A stretch of 64,000 nucleotides of DNA from Octopus vulgaris. Lineage: Eukaryota. Every line of letters begins with the position of its first letter. Within the stretch, counting starts at the first letter, position 1. The notes below the pieces were generated by a model. It was given only the letters and a program-made list of their open reading frames with translations, searched no databases and had not been told where the DNA came from. Positions 42,345 through 54,874 of the stretch are shown piece by piece. The position numbers were made by a program, and so were the translations under genes. The stretch is from positions 4,898,001 to 4,962,000 of the forward strand of contig OX597834.1 in the NCBI GenBank assembly GCA_951406725.2, read 5' to 3'.

Positions 42345-43074
42345 TATAATAATTCTTTTCTGTATTAGCCACAAGGGCCGACAAAAATAAGATTGGACAT
42401 TACAAAACATGAAGGACTGAATGGGGTTACATAAAGTGTCGTGTAAAAAGTCGATAACAATGAAAAATATAACAAAGAAAATGCCTAAAAGAGCAAGCAA
42501 CTCAGGGCTACGCATGGAGACCCCACAAAAATACCCACAAGTGCTCCGACCACTACGGTAAGAGCCCTCTCCCCATCTTTTTCTCTTTCACTCTCTCAGC
42601 TTAAATGAAACTTAAAATCCTAAACACACACCTCTTAAGATTAATTCACAAAATCGAGATCGCATACGGATGGAAGTAAAGCAGAAATTTACCCAGGATT
42701 TATAAGGCAAGTAAGAAGATAAAGAAGATAAGTAATCGACAAACCTCAACCTGTAAACAATCGATTATATCTATTTATTAATTGAATACAATCGTATGTA
42801 TAATCGATCCGAATAAACAAATGAAATAAGCAATTAAATACTAAATAAATAGATAAAAATAAACAAATTTGAAAAAATGAGTGTAAAAATACTAATCTCT
42901 TACTGCTGGTTCTACCATGGGGCTGCCTAGTCTTCCAAGTTTTCCACATCACGACAGTGATATACAGGGATTTTACAAAGGATATATATATATATATATA
43001 TTATATATTATATTATATTATACTATATTATGTTATAATATATTATATTATATATATGTATATATATTTATCAA

Positions 43075-43608
43075 TAATAAAGGGTGAAATTAATTAATTT
43101 AGAAATAATCATTAATTTCACCAAGTAGAGTTCGGCATGTAAAAGCCCCATTCAAGGAAGGTTTAAGTAATAGTAAGTAATTAAGGGTTTAGCAACGATT
43201 TGCCTCACCACACACCGAATTTAGAAATAGCAGTCAAAAAGTTTTGACTATTCTTTCTACTTAAAAGGGAGATCCCAGTAAAACTAAAGCACTTAAAAAG
43301 CAAACGACGCAGGCAAAAGAGAAAGAAATGACGAAAATCATTCTATATTAAGTCACCTACGGACGTACGTTTCGGAATTAAGTCATTGCAGAGCATAAAA
43401 ATTAAATAATTATGTCTTACCTGACTATTTTCCTCCTCAGCGTAGGACTCTTCAGTTATAAATAATTGCGTCTCAATTATTAATAATTGTGTATTAAATT
43501 TGAAGGCACAAGAAGACATCACTAGAAAGAATAGCCAAAACTTTTTGACTGCTATTTCTAAATTCGGTGTGTGGTGAGGCAAATCGTTGCTAAACCCTTA
43601 ATTACTTA
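43075..43608 (-). mobile_element. PLE-derived terminal unit with 85-bp inverted repeat and hammerhead
   Basis: 43174-43259 is inverted at 43523-43608; hammerhead lies between them; TA-repeat flanks. Confidence 0.72.
43357..43445 (-). ncRNA. Type-I hammerhead with enlarged stem II, GUC triplet
   Basis: Reverse complement CTACG-CTGAGGA-GGAA-(52 nt, AGTCA/TGACT and CATAA/TTATG pairable)-TTCC-GAAA-CGTACG-T-C-CGTAG. Confidence 0.83.
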
Positions 43609-43613
43609 GTATA

Positions 43614-43654
<41 letters not shown>

Positions 43655-43658
<4 letters not shown>

Positions 43659-43939
43659 CGTGATCACCGTGACCTTCCAGGCTATCAGATGTTGTTACAC
43701 ATCGCTGGTCACAATGCGCTCCGCATTGTTTTAGCCTTCAAATGACGCCACCCCGCTGGCTAAGAGAGCAGGCCAACAGAAGAAAGAGTGAGAGAAAGTT
43801 GTGGCGAAAGTTGTGCCGGAGCCTCGTGAAGTCCTAGGCGTTTTCGCTCAATAAACACTGACAACTCCCAGTCTTAGAATCGAAACCGCGATCCTACAAC
43901 CGCGAGTCCGCTGCCCTAACAACTGGGCCATTGCGCCTC
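43655..43939 (-). mobile_element. tRNA-derived SINE family C
   Basis: Head GAGGCGCAATGGCCCAGTTGTTAGGGCAGCGGACTC, GGTTTCGATTC B-box-like, CACGGTGA tail repeats; matches 57493-57785. Confidence 0.9.
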
Positions 43940-43969
43940 TATACACACACACACACATATACACACACA

Positions 43970-44811
43970 TCTTTATATGTATAAAACTGAGAATGTGTGT
44001 CTGTCTGTCTGTCCGTCTGTCTGTCTGTCCGTCTGTCTGTCTGTCCGTCTGTCTGTCTGTGTGTTTCCCTAAAACTTGAGAACTACACAATCAATTTCAT
44101 TCAAATTTTACACATGCCTTACTTAGGGTCCGGGGAGTGTCATCGGCAAAAAATTTTTTAACTTTTGCCTAGGGCGAGCCCACAGCAATATCATATCTTC
44201 TCCACTACGATTCCCTAAAACTTAAGAACTACACAACGAATTTCATTGAAATTTTACACATGCCTTACTTAGGGTCCATGTAGTTTCATGGGCAAAAAAA
44301 AGTTCAACTTCTTGCCTAGAGCGAGCCCATAGCAATATCATATCTTCTCCACTATTTCAGTATTACGTATTAAAAGTGAAACAAAAATATTTCTCTATTT
44401 TATGTCAGATGCTTTCACTTTAACAATAAAAATAATAATAACAATTGAATTATATGTAGCAAGTAATAATTAAAATCAAACTAAAGTATAATATAATCGT
44501 AACATAACAAAAGTAAAAATAGCAATTGGTATAAAATTCCATCAATGACGGAATAGTCCAGATGGATAATAAAAAAATTAAATTAAAGAAAAGTCTATTG
44601 TCTAAAAAGTATACAATGTAGAGAAAAAAGAAGAGCTAACAATTCCAGTCTGTTATATATTTTGAGTATTGTTATCACTAACGATATCAAGATATAACTT
44701 TGTATTTTGCATTTTATGTGTAGATGTATATATACAGATGAACATGTAATATGTACACATATATACATGCACTAGCACTATAACCCGGCAACGACGGGTC
44801 TTTAATGCTAG
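43970..44811 (+). mobile_element. Non-autonomous Helitron with (GTCY)n microsatellite
   Basis: A|TC start at 43970; hairpin ACCCG-GCAACGA-CGGGT at 44783-44799; CTAG|T end at 44811; internal ~146-bp tandem duplication at ~44065-44355. Confidence 0.85.
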
Positions 44812-45905
44812 TATATATATATATATATATATATCTCCAGTGTAGGAAATCAACACAGCATTGGCCGCCCTATTCAGGCTTAGAAGGTATTTTACCGCCC
44901 TTACCGCTGAAACCTTCATAAAGCTGATCGCTGTGGAATAATAGAAATATCTATAACATAAAAATATGAAATTATCGATAATATTAACCGTATCCTTTCC
45001 AACTTATAGACGTACTGTATTTTTCCCAGGCATCTTCTACTTTGGATAGGATGGCCTATAATTTTCGGAACTTGCTAATATAGTGTCCATACCTCTCGAA
45101 CACTTTAAATATCCTCGCACCTCTTTTATCTTCCATATTGTGTTTACATACAGGGTTAAGTAGTCATCAATAAGACTATTATTTGAAATTCACTCGTTGA
45201 TAATTATTTTCTTACGGTAGTCGAGCTATAACTCATCAGGCGGAATCTTTACCATACCAAACTAATCCACCGCGGAAGGCGAGTACAGGGCGTGTGAATC
45301 ACTCCGCCCCTTTATAAATAAGTAAAACAACAACAACAACAGCAAAAGTAGCTAGAGTACTTGCTTATCTGGAAATCAATATCATCTCGGGGAAGAAGAA
45401 AATGTTCAAAATGGACTTATGTCTATAAAAGTTATGAGTCAATTGGGAATTCACCGAAAACGTCAAAAGAGAACACAAACAAAATAAGTTCGCTCTCCAT
45501 TGATAAACGAGAACCTTTAAGAAGAGACCCGTGACATGAATATTGATTATGTTCCATGTAAATAAAAAACGCGAATATATAGTGCATCTATCATGCCATG
45601 TCAAAACGGAAAATTACAATATCGCTGAGTAGCAAGGAGTTAATGAACGTCGATATAATAGTAACCATCAAAGAAAGGGATGCATTGAAAGAGATACATT
45701 ATGGTGTCTAACTTTTTGCCAGACTCTGACAAGTTAAAGAAATTAGTGAATGAAACCACCAAGGGCTACAAATAAAACGCACAAAATACAAACAATTCTT
45801 TTGTACAGTAAAAAAGTTCCCTTTGCAATGGCATCGGTTTCAGTTCCATTGATCATCACCTTATCTTGGCAGGGCAGACGTGAGCTGTTTGGTAACACTC
45901 TGTCC

Positions 45906-45906
<1 letters not shown>

Positions 45907-45968
<62 letters not shown>

Positions 45969-45987
45969 CATCCATCCATCCATCCAT

Positions 45988-46020
<33 letters not shown>

Positions 46021-46053
46021 TTATCTGTCTCTCTATCTATCTTTCTATCTATC

Positions 46054-46134
<81 letters not shown>

Positions 46135-46160
46135 GTCTGTCTGTCTTTCTGTATGTCTGT
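45907..46160. repeat. (TCTA)n microsatellite
   Basis: Direct reading. Confidence 0.95.
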
Positions 46161-46239
46161 CTATCTATCTGTGTGTGTATATATGTCTGTAAGAATATAT
46201 TCAGGTATGTACATGTCTTTGCTTGTTTGTGATTATGCC

Positions 46240-46400
46240 GTTACCACTTGACAACATGTGGTTTCATCCCTGAAATGTAGCGGTTTAGCGAAATGGATCA
46301 ATAAAATAGGTAGCAGACGTAAAAATATTTGTTTGGCTAAACCTTTCAAAATGGTGTCCCAGCCTCATCACATTCCAGTGACTGAAAGAAGTAAATAAAT
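46240..46400 (+). mobile_element. SINE family A, very degenerate 3' half
   Basis: CACTTGACAAC...AGCGGTTTAGCGAAATGGATCAATAAAATAGG...GGTGTCCCAGC...CAGTGACTGAAAGAAGTAAA. Confidence 0.55.
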
Positions 46401-47067
46401 GGGGAATAATCGAATTCACGGATGTCTAGTTTGATGAGACGACAACGAAATGGAAAATCTGTTAAAAAACAGGACACAAAATCGCACAGGATATCAAAAT
46501 GCGTATCAAATTAGACAAATGTGACAGCATAAGCGTTTCTGATGCACAAAAAGGAAGAAAAAAGTAATCTTTTCATTTCTCTGATTTCAAGTTGTTTGTA
46601 TCGACCGGCAGAGCAGTGACAAGAAGTAAAACACTACAGCAATAATTGCAGAATTACATTATCGACCAACGCACACCATTGAACACTATACACCTGGAAA
46701 ATATGTGCACTGAGAGAACTTATGCAAAACTAATATAATTAAGAGACTTTACTTCTGACGAAAATGAATTAAATGGAGAAGTGAATAATTACTTTTTTCT
46801 CACCGTACAAAACCAATATTTGCAATAAGAAGTAGTGTACGTTATTGATACGACCACAGGATATTACTGGTACTTATTTTTCTTACATCGAAAAGGATGA
46901 AAGACCAAACGAAGTAGTGATATTTTATCGAACAGCAAATTAAATTCCGGTGAATGAAATAATCTGAATTAGGATTTGTCTGCCTGAACTCTAAACTCTC
47001 TTGAAATTCTTTGAACACAGAAATAAAGGTTGCTTTTGACTCATTTACTTAGAGCCGGGAATGAAGG

Positions 47068-47394
47068 TTTTGACCGGCGTGCTAACGGTTCTGCCAGCTC
47101 ACTGCCTCCCTATTTCTTAAATAGTAATAATAAAATCACAGATTTGTAAAAATATGTTGAATCGCTTACTGTGATCACGACTCAACAGTGGTGCTTATCT
47201 TACAGATGTCTTTGTGAAAGTTTTACGATCAACAATATTACGAAAGGAAACTTAAGTTTTGTCGGTATTGATTGAATGAAAGCAAATTTAGAGAAGGAAA
47301 CACACTTGAGGACTTAAATTCTTTTTCGTTTATCGCAAGTAACCATGGCCTTGGGTAGAATTTAATATTCACTTGAAGCACGGACTTTAATACC
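47068..47394 (+). repeat. Copy 1 of a local ~320-bp direct duplication (SINE B head plus flank)
   Basis: Near-identical to 48975-49288. Confidence 0.9.
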
Positions 47395-47983
47395 TATTGA
47401 GAACGGACAGATGTAGAGATTTACAGCATAAACATATGTCGTTGGCTGATGCAACGTTTTCATAGCTCAGTAACCTAAATTAATTCTAATATGTTAAAAT
47501 GTTGTTAAGGTTAAAAACTAAAACTATCTATAGTGTTAGGAATTTGAAAAATATTCTCCGGCAGTGGCAAATATGTTCCTTCTGTTCGTTTAGAACTGGG
47601 GTTCTCAACCATTTTTTAGGTATGGATCCCTTTTATTACTATGTTCTTCTAGCGGTCCTAATTCTGGAGTATTGCTCATCAAAATTCATATGTAGATAGG
47701 ATTGTGGAAAGAAATGTATCAGATTGTAGACATATTTGCATAGTAGTAGTAGTAGTAGTGGTGGTGGTGTGGTGGTGGTAGTTGTAGTGGTGGTGGTGCC
47801 AGTAGCACAAACAAACAAAAAGGAACGCAGTGTAAATAACGGACAGAGTCAAGACTATCGAAAAGGTTGCAACACGCAACGACAGTTTAAGAAAAAAAGA
47901 AATAAGAAATAAGTGGAAATTTTACCGGTGAGTGTGTTACATTCTAAGGCACAAAAAGAAAGTGACTCTCCCCAGACACAACA

Positions 47984-48021
<38 letters not shown>

Positions 48022-48795
48022 GTGTATGTGTGCGTGTGTATGTACATATATATATATATATATATGGGTGTACGTGTGCGTGTGTATGTATGCATGTGTG
48101 TGTGTATTTATCCTGGGTATAATTTTAAACTACATACGGGAGTGGGGTCCGTGTACAAGAGTTCCTGGACTTTTGAGGAGTGTTGAACCACCTAGTAGTC
48201 ACTATTGTTCCCAGATCTAATCCGAGCCCCTGGGAGGGAAGGAAATTTTTTTCTCCTTAGACCTTCCTTCTAGGAGAAAGTAAATTCGTTTTGGAAAAAT
48301 ATCAAAAAGAAAAAAAAAGTGAAATGCAGTTAGGTTCTGGACGTTTCAATCACTGCATTGTCGCTGATTTTATAGCTAATTGCACTGGAAAGTGGGCTGA
48401 GTGCCGTGCAGCACTTTATGCAATCAAAACATATTCACGCACCCTAAAAATCACACACCCTAAAATCTCGAAACATTTGTACGGACTTAAATGAGTTTAG
48501 GAAGTGCCCTTACTCGGTCATAGGTTTTCTTCCACCGTATTTATTTATGCATTTATGCCTACAGGCGTATTTTTTCAATGACAGCATGAAATAAAGATGG
48601 GTTCTAAACGTATTCATTAAGTCTTTGTTTCTATATCATATCTACTTCCTTTAAAACGGAGACGCAACTTTTAGAGCATATAATAAAGGTCTTCGGGTTC
48701 ACTTTCTGCATTTGATATCTATGTGAAGTATATTCAGATCGAACCACTGCAGATTATAGAATCCCATATACTCAGCTAGCTTTTTCTTATATTAT

Positions 48796-49013
48796 GGTTT
48801 CAAATTTTGGCACAAAGTTAGCAATGCTGGTGGGGTGCGGATGAGAAAGTCGGTTATATTGTCCCTCAGTGCTCAACTGGTGCTTCTTTATCGACCCTGA
48901 GAGGATGAAAGGCAAAGTCGACCTTGGTGGCATTTGAACTCAGGCCGTGCAACCGGTCGAAATGTCGCTAAGCGTTTTGACCGTCGTGCTAACGGTTCTG
49001 CCAGCTCACTGCC
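48796..49013 (-). mobile_element. SINE family B variant
   Basis: CAGTGCTCAACTGGTGCTTCTTTATCGACCCTGAGAGGATGAAAGGCAAAGTCGACC...CTGCCAGCTCACTGCC. Confidence 0.82.
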
Positions 49014-49288
49014 TCCCTATTCCTTAAGTAATAGTAATAAAATCACAGATTTGTAAAAATATGTTGAATCGCTTACTGTGATCACGACTCAACAGTGGTG
49101 CTTATCTTACAGATGTCTTTGTGAAAGTTTTAAGATCAACAATATTACCAAAGAAAACTTAACTTTTGCCGGTATTGATTGAATGAAAGCAAATTTAGAG
49201 AAGGAAACACACTTAAGGACTTAAATTCTTTTTCTACCATGGCCTTGGGTAGAATTTAATATTCACTTGAAGCACGGACTTTAATACC
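48975..49288 (+). repeat. Copy 2 of the local direct duplication
   Basis: Near-identical to 47068-47394, with a short deletion. Confidence 0.9.
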
Positions 49289-49772
49289 AATTCAAAGGAA
49301 CAATTTTCACCGCATATCACATCAGCACCGCCATTACTCCGTATTTCACTAATCTTCATGACAGACAAAAAATAATAACAATAACAATATAACAATAAGA
49401 ATATAAAGCGTATCGAATCAACATACATTACCGATTTAATGATTAGAGAAAGCACTTAACAATGATGTCATTAAGTATGTTGATATAATTGCCATAATAC
49501 CTAAAAGAGTTTCAGAGACAGACAGAAAATGTATTGTGAACTTTAACTCTAAGGTTCATATCCCCCCCCGCCAAATGTCCCTGCTTATTTCAAACTCAAA
49601 TCAATTAAACGACTCTCTAAATCCCCATCAATTAACTAAACCCTAAAACTACGGCTGGAGGCTAATTTCGAGCTGTGTTAATCTCCTTACTTTTGTTAAT
49701 TGAAATATCCTTGAGATTTTATGATATATAGAATTATATATAATGTGAAAGTGATGTGGTCATGTATATGTA

Positions 49773-49804
<32 letters not shown>

Positions 49805-49877
49805 CACACAAATGTATGAATGTATGTATATATGTATATATAAAAGGGTATCTGAGATACCACCATGCTGAAATAGC

Positions 49878-49908
<31 letters not shown>

Positions 49909-51062
49909 TGTTTGTGTGTGTGCATATGTGTGTGTAAGCGTGTATGAAAATAGAATATTGAATTTGAATAATATTATTTGAGGAAAAAGAGAAACAACAG
50001 AAAAATATTGTGGTGAGTCGGACAAGGGAATGCCCAGGAAAATATAAAGCGAAGAATGAAATTCCAAGTATTAGTCAATAAATAGTGCGAAGCAATTAGC
50101 TTAAGACTTATCGAAAACACTTTTGCTTTGTATGTGATTTGTTGGACCCACAATTTGAGAAATGAAAACTCGTTGATAAAGATGTTGTTTCTCCTGTTCT
50201 ATTGTCCGTATTTGAGATATAAAATCTTGGTTTCAAAATAATTTCTGATTATTCGTTAAAGGAAGGCAGCAGTTGCCCATCCCTAATATGTTTCCAGAGT
50301 TCCATTACTGAATTAAAATTCATTGGACGAACATAAAACTATAAGAGAGTTACTTGGTGTAGCCTGCTGAGCCCAATTATGGTAGCCCAATTATGTTGTG
50401 AATACACGGTGATCATTACAGACATCGGAAAATAGTTACTTTGCTTCAAAAGAACATAGATGGAACTAGAAACTCTTCTATTTGTTCGGCGTAGACATTC
50501 ATCGAGTCATGGCAAAGCCTCAAATTTCATCTTAGAATCAAAGTGGAAGTGGTTCAGGTGCGAGTCGGTTAGGTAAAGAAGAGAGTTATAGGATTGTTCG
50601 GCAATTAAGCTTCTCATCCCCAGCATCTGTTGGAAGGTGGTCGAGTGGTTTGAAAGTTTAACAGAATTGCCTTTGTTTTCTAGCTGTTATTTTATGATAC
50701 TGCAGGACTGTCATTTTACATACTGTGTGTGGAAGAAGAGGATTGCTCATGGCCTTGGCAGGCCGGCCTAGAATGGAGAAGCTGGTAAACAGTTTTGCAG
50801 GTAAATACCGGTAAGGAAGCTATAAACAAGGGCATTCCAGGTAGAAGAATTTCTGAGGAGAAACATGCATAGTATTTATGTGTGATCTGAGGTTTTGAAC
50901 ACCACAAGGAGGATGAAAGGAAGGGAGGGGGATAAGACGGCAGGTACTTACCTAGATGCAAGGGTGTACAGCAGTAGAAACAACAGCAGCAGCAGTAGCG
51001 GCAGCAGCAGCATTTCAGATGTGAGAGAAATACAGCAATGTCGGCTTCGTGTGTCGTAGAAT

Positions 51063-51465
51063 ACTCTTACTCTCTTACTCGTTTCAGTCATCTGACTGCG
51101 GCCATGCTGGAGCACCGCCTTTAATCGAGCAACTCGACCCCGGGACTTATTCTTTGTAAGTCCAGTACTTATTCTATCGGTCCCTTTTGCCGAACCGCTA
51201 AGTGATGTGGACAAAAACACATCACCATCGGTTGTCAAGCAATGCTAGGGGGACAAGCACAGGCACACAAACATACACACACACACACATACATATATAT
51301 ACGACGGGCTTCTTTCAGTTTCCATCTACCAAATCCACTCACAAGGCATTTATTCGGCCCGAGGCTATAGTAGAAGACACTTGCCCAAGGTGCCACGCAG
51401 TGGGACTGAATCCGGAACCGTGTGGTTGGTAAGCAAGCTACTTACCACACAGCCACTCCTGCGCC
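51063..51465 (-). mobile_element. SINE family A, full length
   Basis: Reverse complement of family A including the GGCGCAGGAGTGGC head. Confidence 0.93.
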
Positions 51466-52466
51466 TATGCCCATATTTGTAGATGTCCATATTTGCAGAA
51501 TGTTCATATTTGCAGATAAAATGCCTGTTAGTTTTGAAGGGTAGGCAAGGTGTTGGGATGACATGCTAGTTATGTGAAAAATGTAAATGTTCCAAACAGT
51601 CAAAGCCAATAGGTAAAGCGATTTTGAGGGCTCTAGATGAAAACTGCTTATGATTAAATAGGTAGTGGTGCGATGATATCTTTGTGATATTCGGAGAGTT
51701 TCAGTTTTCTTGATAAATTTCCATCGGTGCATACTTTCAAGATCATAGCGTATGTTTCTGTGTGCTTTGCGTATGGCATCTAAATTGTGACAGTAAATAA
51801 ATCATTGATGTATAGAAGAAAGGAACAGCGACACAAGAGCGAACCCTAAATTTATAAAATGGGAAATGGAGCTTTGTTAGCCTAAGCGACTCTACTTATC
51901 GATTGGGGCTGACACTGGGGATGTTGTCGTACTGGAGTGAATATTGTGAGTGAGGTTGATGTGCTAAAGCAAGAATGCTTCTAATGAATTTTTCTCCTCA
52001 TCTACCATAACTAAAGGAGTGTAATTTTGGACAGAAAGCTGCTGGCGTTTGGGTTATCGTTCGTTGTTGTTTCTTTGCTGGTTATTGTCGCAAGTACTGT
52101 TTTTGTTCCCCCCAAACACCGTCTTGTCTCCTGACTTATACGAGGTAAACAGATCAACATTTCCGTAGCAATGGCTGGCGTTCCTGTGGTGGCTGCCACC
52201 ACTAGAAGACAGAGAGTAGGTTTGGTTAAGTTGAATTTGTTGTGGTGAAGCGTGTGACAAAGTGTGTTTCCTAATTGTGTGTCTACTCCCTTGGAACGTA
52301 CAAAAGGAAGTTGTAAGGGACACTCTGTCCCATTAGGAATTGCAGTAGATTTGTTTGTTTTGTTATTCGAGCGAATGGGATGCAGAGAAATTTTGTATTT
52401 ATGAAAAAAATTGTGTTCATTGATTCGGGGAGTGAGGCATGGAAGTCGATGGATTGTGGCAGGAAA

Positions 52467-52696
52467 GGCGGCGAGCTGGCAGAAACGTTAGCACGCCGGG
52501 CGAAATGCTTAGCGGTATTTCGTCTGCCGCTACGTTCTGAGTTCAAATTCCGCCGAGGTCGACTTTGCCTTTCATCGTTTCGGGATCGATTAAATAAGTA
52601 CCAGTTACGCACTGGTGTCGATATAATCGACTTAATCCCTTTGTCTGTCGTTGTTTGTCCTCTCTGTGTTTAGTCCCTTGTCGGTAGTAAAGAAAT
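52467..52696 (+). mobile_element. SINE family B, full length
   Basis: Matches 8113-8342. Confidence 0.92.
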
Positions 52697-53342
52697 AGGA
52701 TTGTAGGTTGGGCTGGCGTCATGACAGTTGAATGTGTTTAGGATGCGATTTTAGTAGACGATTTATTGGATAAAGATAAAGAAAGAAGAAAAAAAAACTG
52801 ATTACTTACAGGTGATAGCAATCGTAGTAGCAGCAGAAGCAACAGTACATGCATGTAATGACGAAGATGATGAACATGATGATGACGATATAGCTTTGGT
52901 TGTCATGGTGATGGATATGCAGGTTTAGAATGGCAAGAATGTACTGAACTAGTAGTAAAGGGATGGACTGGAATGACCCGAGGTCACTAAGGTCAGTGCT
53001 ACATATTGGTTGATCTTTGTTTCTATTTTATCGCTGTTGTTCATCGAAAAGAAAATAGTGAAACATTTCTTCCCATGTTTTCTAGTGAGACGAGAGGTTT
53101 TCAAGAGACCTGTCAGTTTGTTTTCAATTTGAATTCTTCTTCCAGAGCTCATTACCAAAACCAGGCAAAATTTTATTTATATTTCTTTGACTCAACACAC
53201 TCAACTCCAGTAAGTAAATTTTTTTTAGTCTTTGTAGTTATTCTATCGGTTGTCACGTGGCGGTCTGGGATAAACACAAACACCAACATACACACGCACA
53301 CATACTTATGCACATCTCTATCTTCTGCTTTCTTTCTCTTGG

Positions 53343-53392
<50 letters not shown>

Positions 53393-53522
53393 AGGATACT
53401 ATTCCGCATATACAAAAACAGCCATACCGACAATCCAACTTGCCTCCATCATCAGCTGGCTCACGGATATCATTATGGTTTCGACACCTGGACAGTACCA
53501 TTCAATCCGGTGGTGTCAACAC

Positions 53523-53553
<31 letters not shown>

Positions 53554-53576
53554 GATATACATATATATATACATAC

Positions 53577-53638
<62 letters not shown>

Positions 53639-53639
53639 G

Positions 53640-54843
53640 GGATAAATTATCCGCGCGGATACCGTATTAGCTTTCATTTAGTTCCAGTCAACGGCTAACC
53701 ACAACGATCATTATTTAACATCTGTGGCTATAACTGGCTGTTAGTCACTCCGTGGATTCTTTCGATGGGTAATTGCGCGTACTCTTCGCTGGACGGTAAG
53801 TTTTCTCTGGAGTGTATATGATTATTATTGATAACAAAGTGTATGGAGACTTGTATATCAACACAATTTATTTTATAGTTATATACAGTACATTGTGATG
53901 ACCTGTATGTGTTTGCGCTGCAGCGTCTACTCACTGTTGCAAATTCAACCTTGTATTATTGTCGGTGCAGCTTCATCAGGGTCCATCAATTTGGTCATCT
54001 TTGAAGTGAACCGATTGAAGTAAATTTTTGTTAGTGTTCTGTGGGAGGTGGGAGGGTTGTTTTTTATAGGCATGTGCTGCTGGCCTCCGATTCACAGCAG
54101 TTACTCTCCGAAGTTTGGGCTCAGTTGAAAAATAGATCAACATCTAGATGTGAGGTTCTTTGTTCAGTTTAATGTCCTTGGGCCTACGTTTTTGATTTCG
54201 TGTGTAATGCTTGTATTGAAGAGGCGATGTTGGTTTACATTCATTTTTGTGGTTGCTCATGATTTGTGTTAAACATTAGGTAGGGTATTTGGTTTTATTT
54301 TTCTATTAATGATATTTAGTAAATATTTTTCATGTCTAGGTTATTATATCAAGCTCAATTGTTGCTGGAGCGTTGGTTATCTATAATTATCCCTATTTTT
54401 GCTACAGGTCCTACCCTGTTTCTGTAAACATCTTATGGCTTGTTCATGTCTTGCATTAATTCATGTGTATTTTGATGAAAATATTTGGTAAAGTTCTTCT
54501 ATGCATTGGTCAAATCTATTTCCCTTTGCTCGATAAGGCTTAGCAGTACTAATTAATTTCCAACCAATAGAAGAGATATTATGTTGTATACTGTCAATCT
54601 AACAAGAACGTGACAGTAGGGGGTACACCACCGCTGTATAGCCCTAGGAAGCATCGAACGCCTCCTGATGGCTTTGACACATTTTTCCCTGTGTCCTTAT
54701 ATACATATACGAAGGGGAGACAAACACCCCCGGCTGCCGAAACTGCATCTAGAAGAGATATTGTTTTCATCACTAATTCACCAAACTAGTTTACTTAAGT
54801 TTGTATCGTTTATTTTTTTTCTATCTAAAAAAAACAATAATAA

Positions 54844-54874
<31 letters not shown>

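Noticed and set aside
45215-45245. CTGATGA on the minus strand
   Set aside because: No GAAA or stem III follows.
50250-52440. Possible very old retroelement relic split by the SINE at 51063
   Set aside because: Only a vague GMG-like match; no catalytic motif could be reconstructed.
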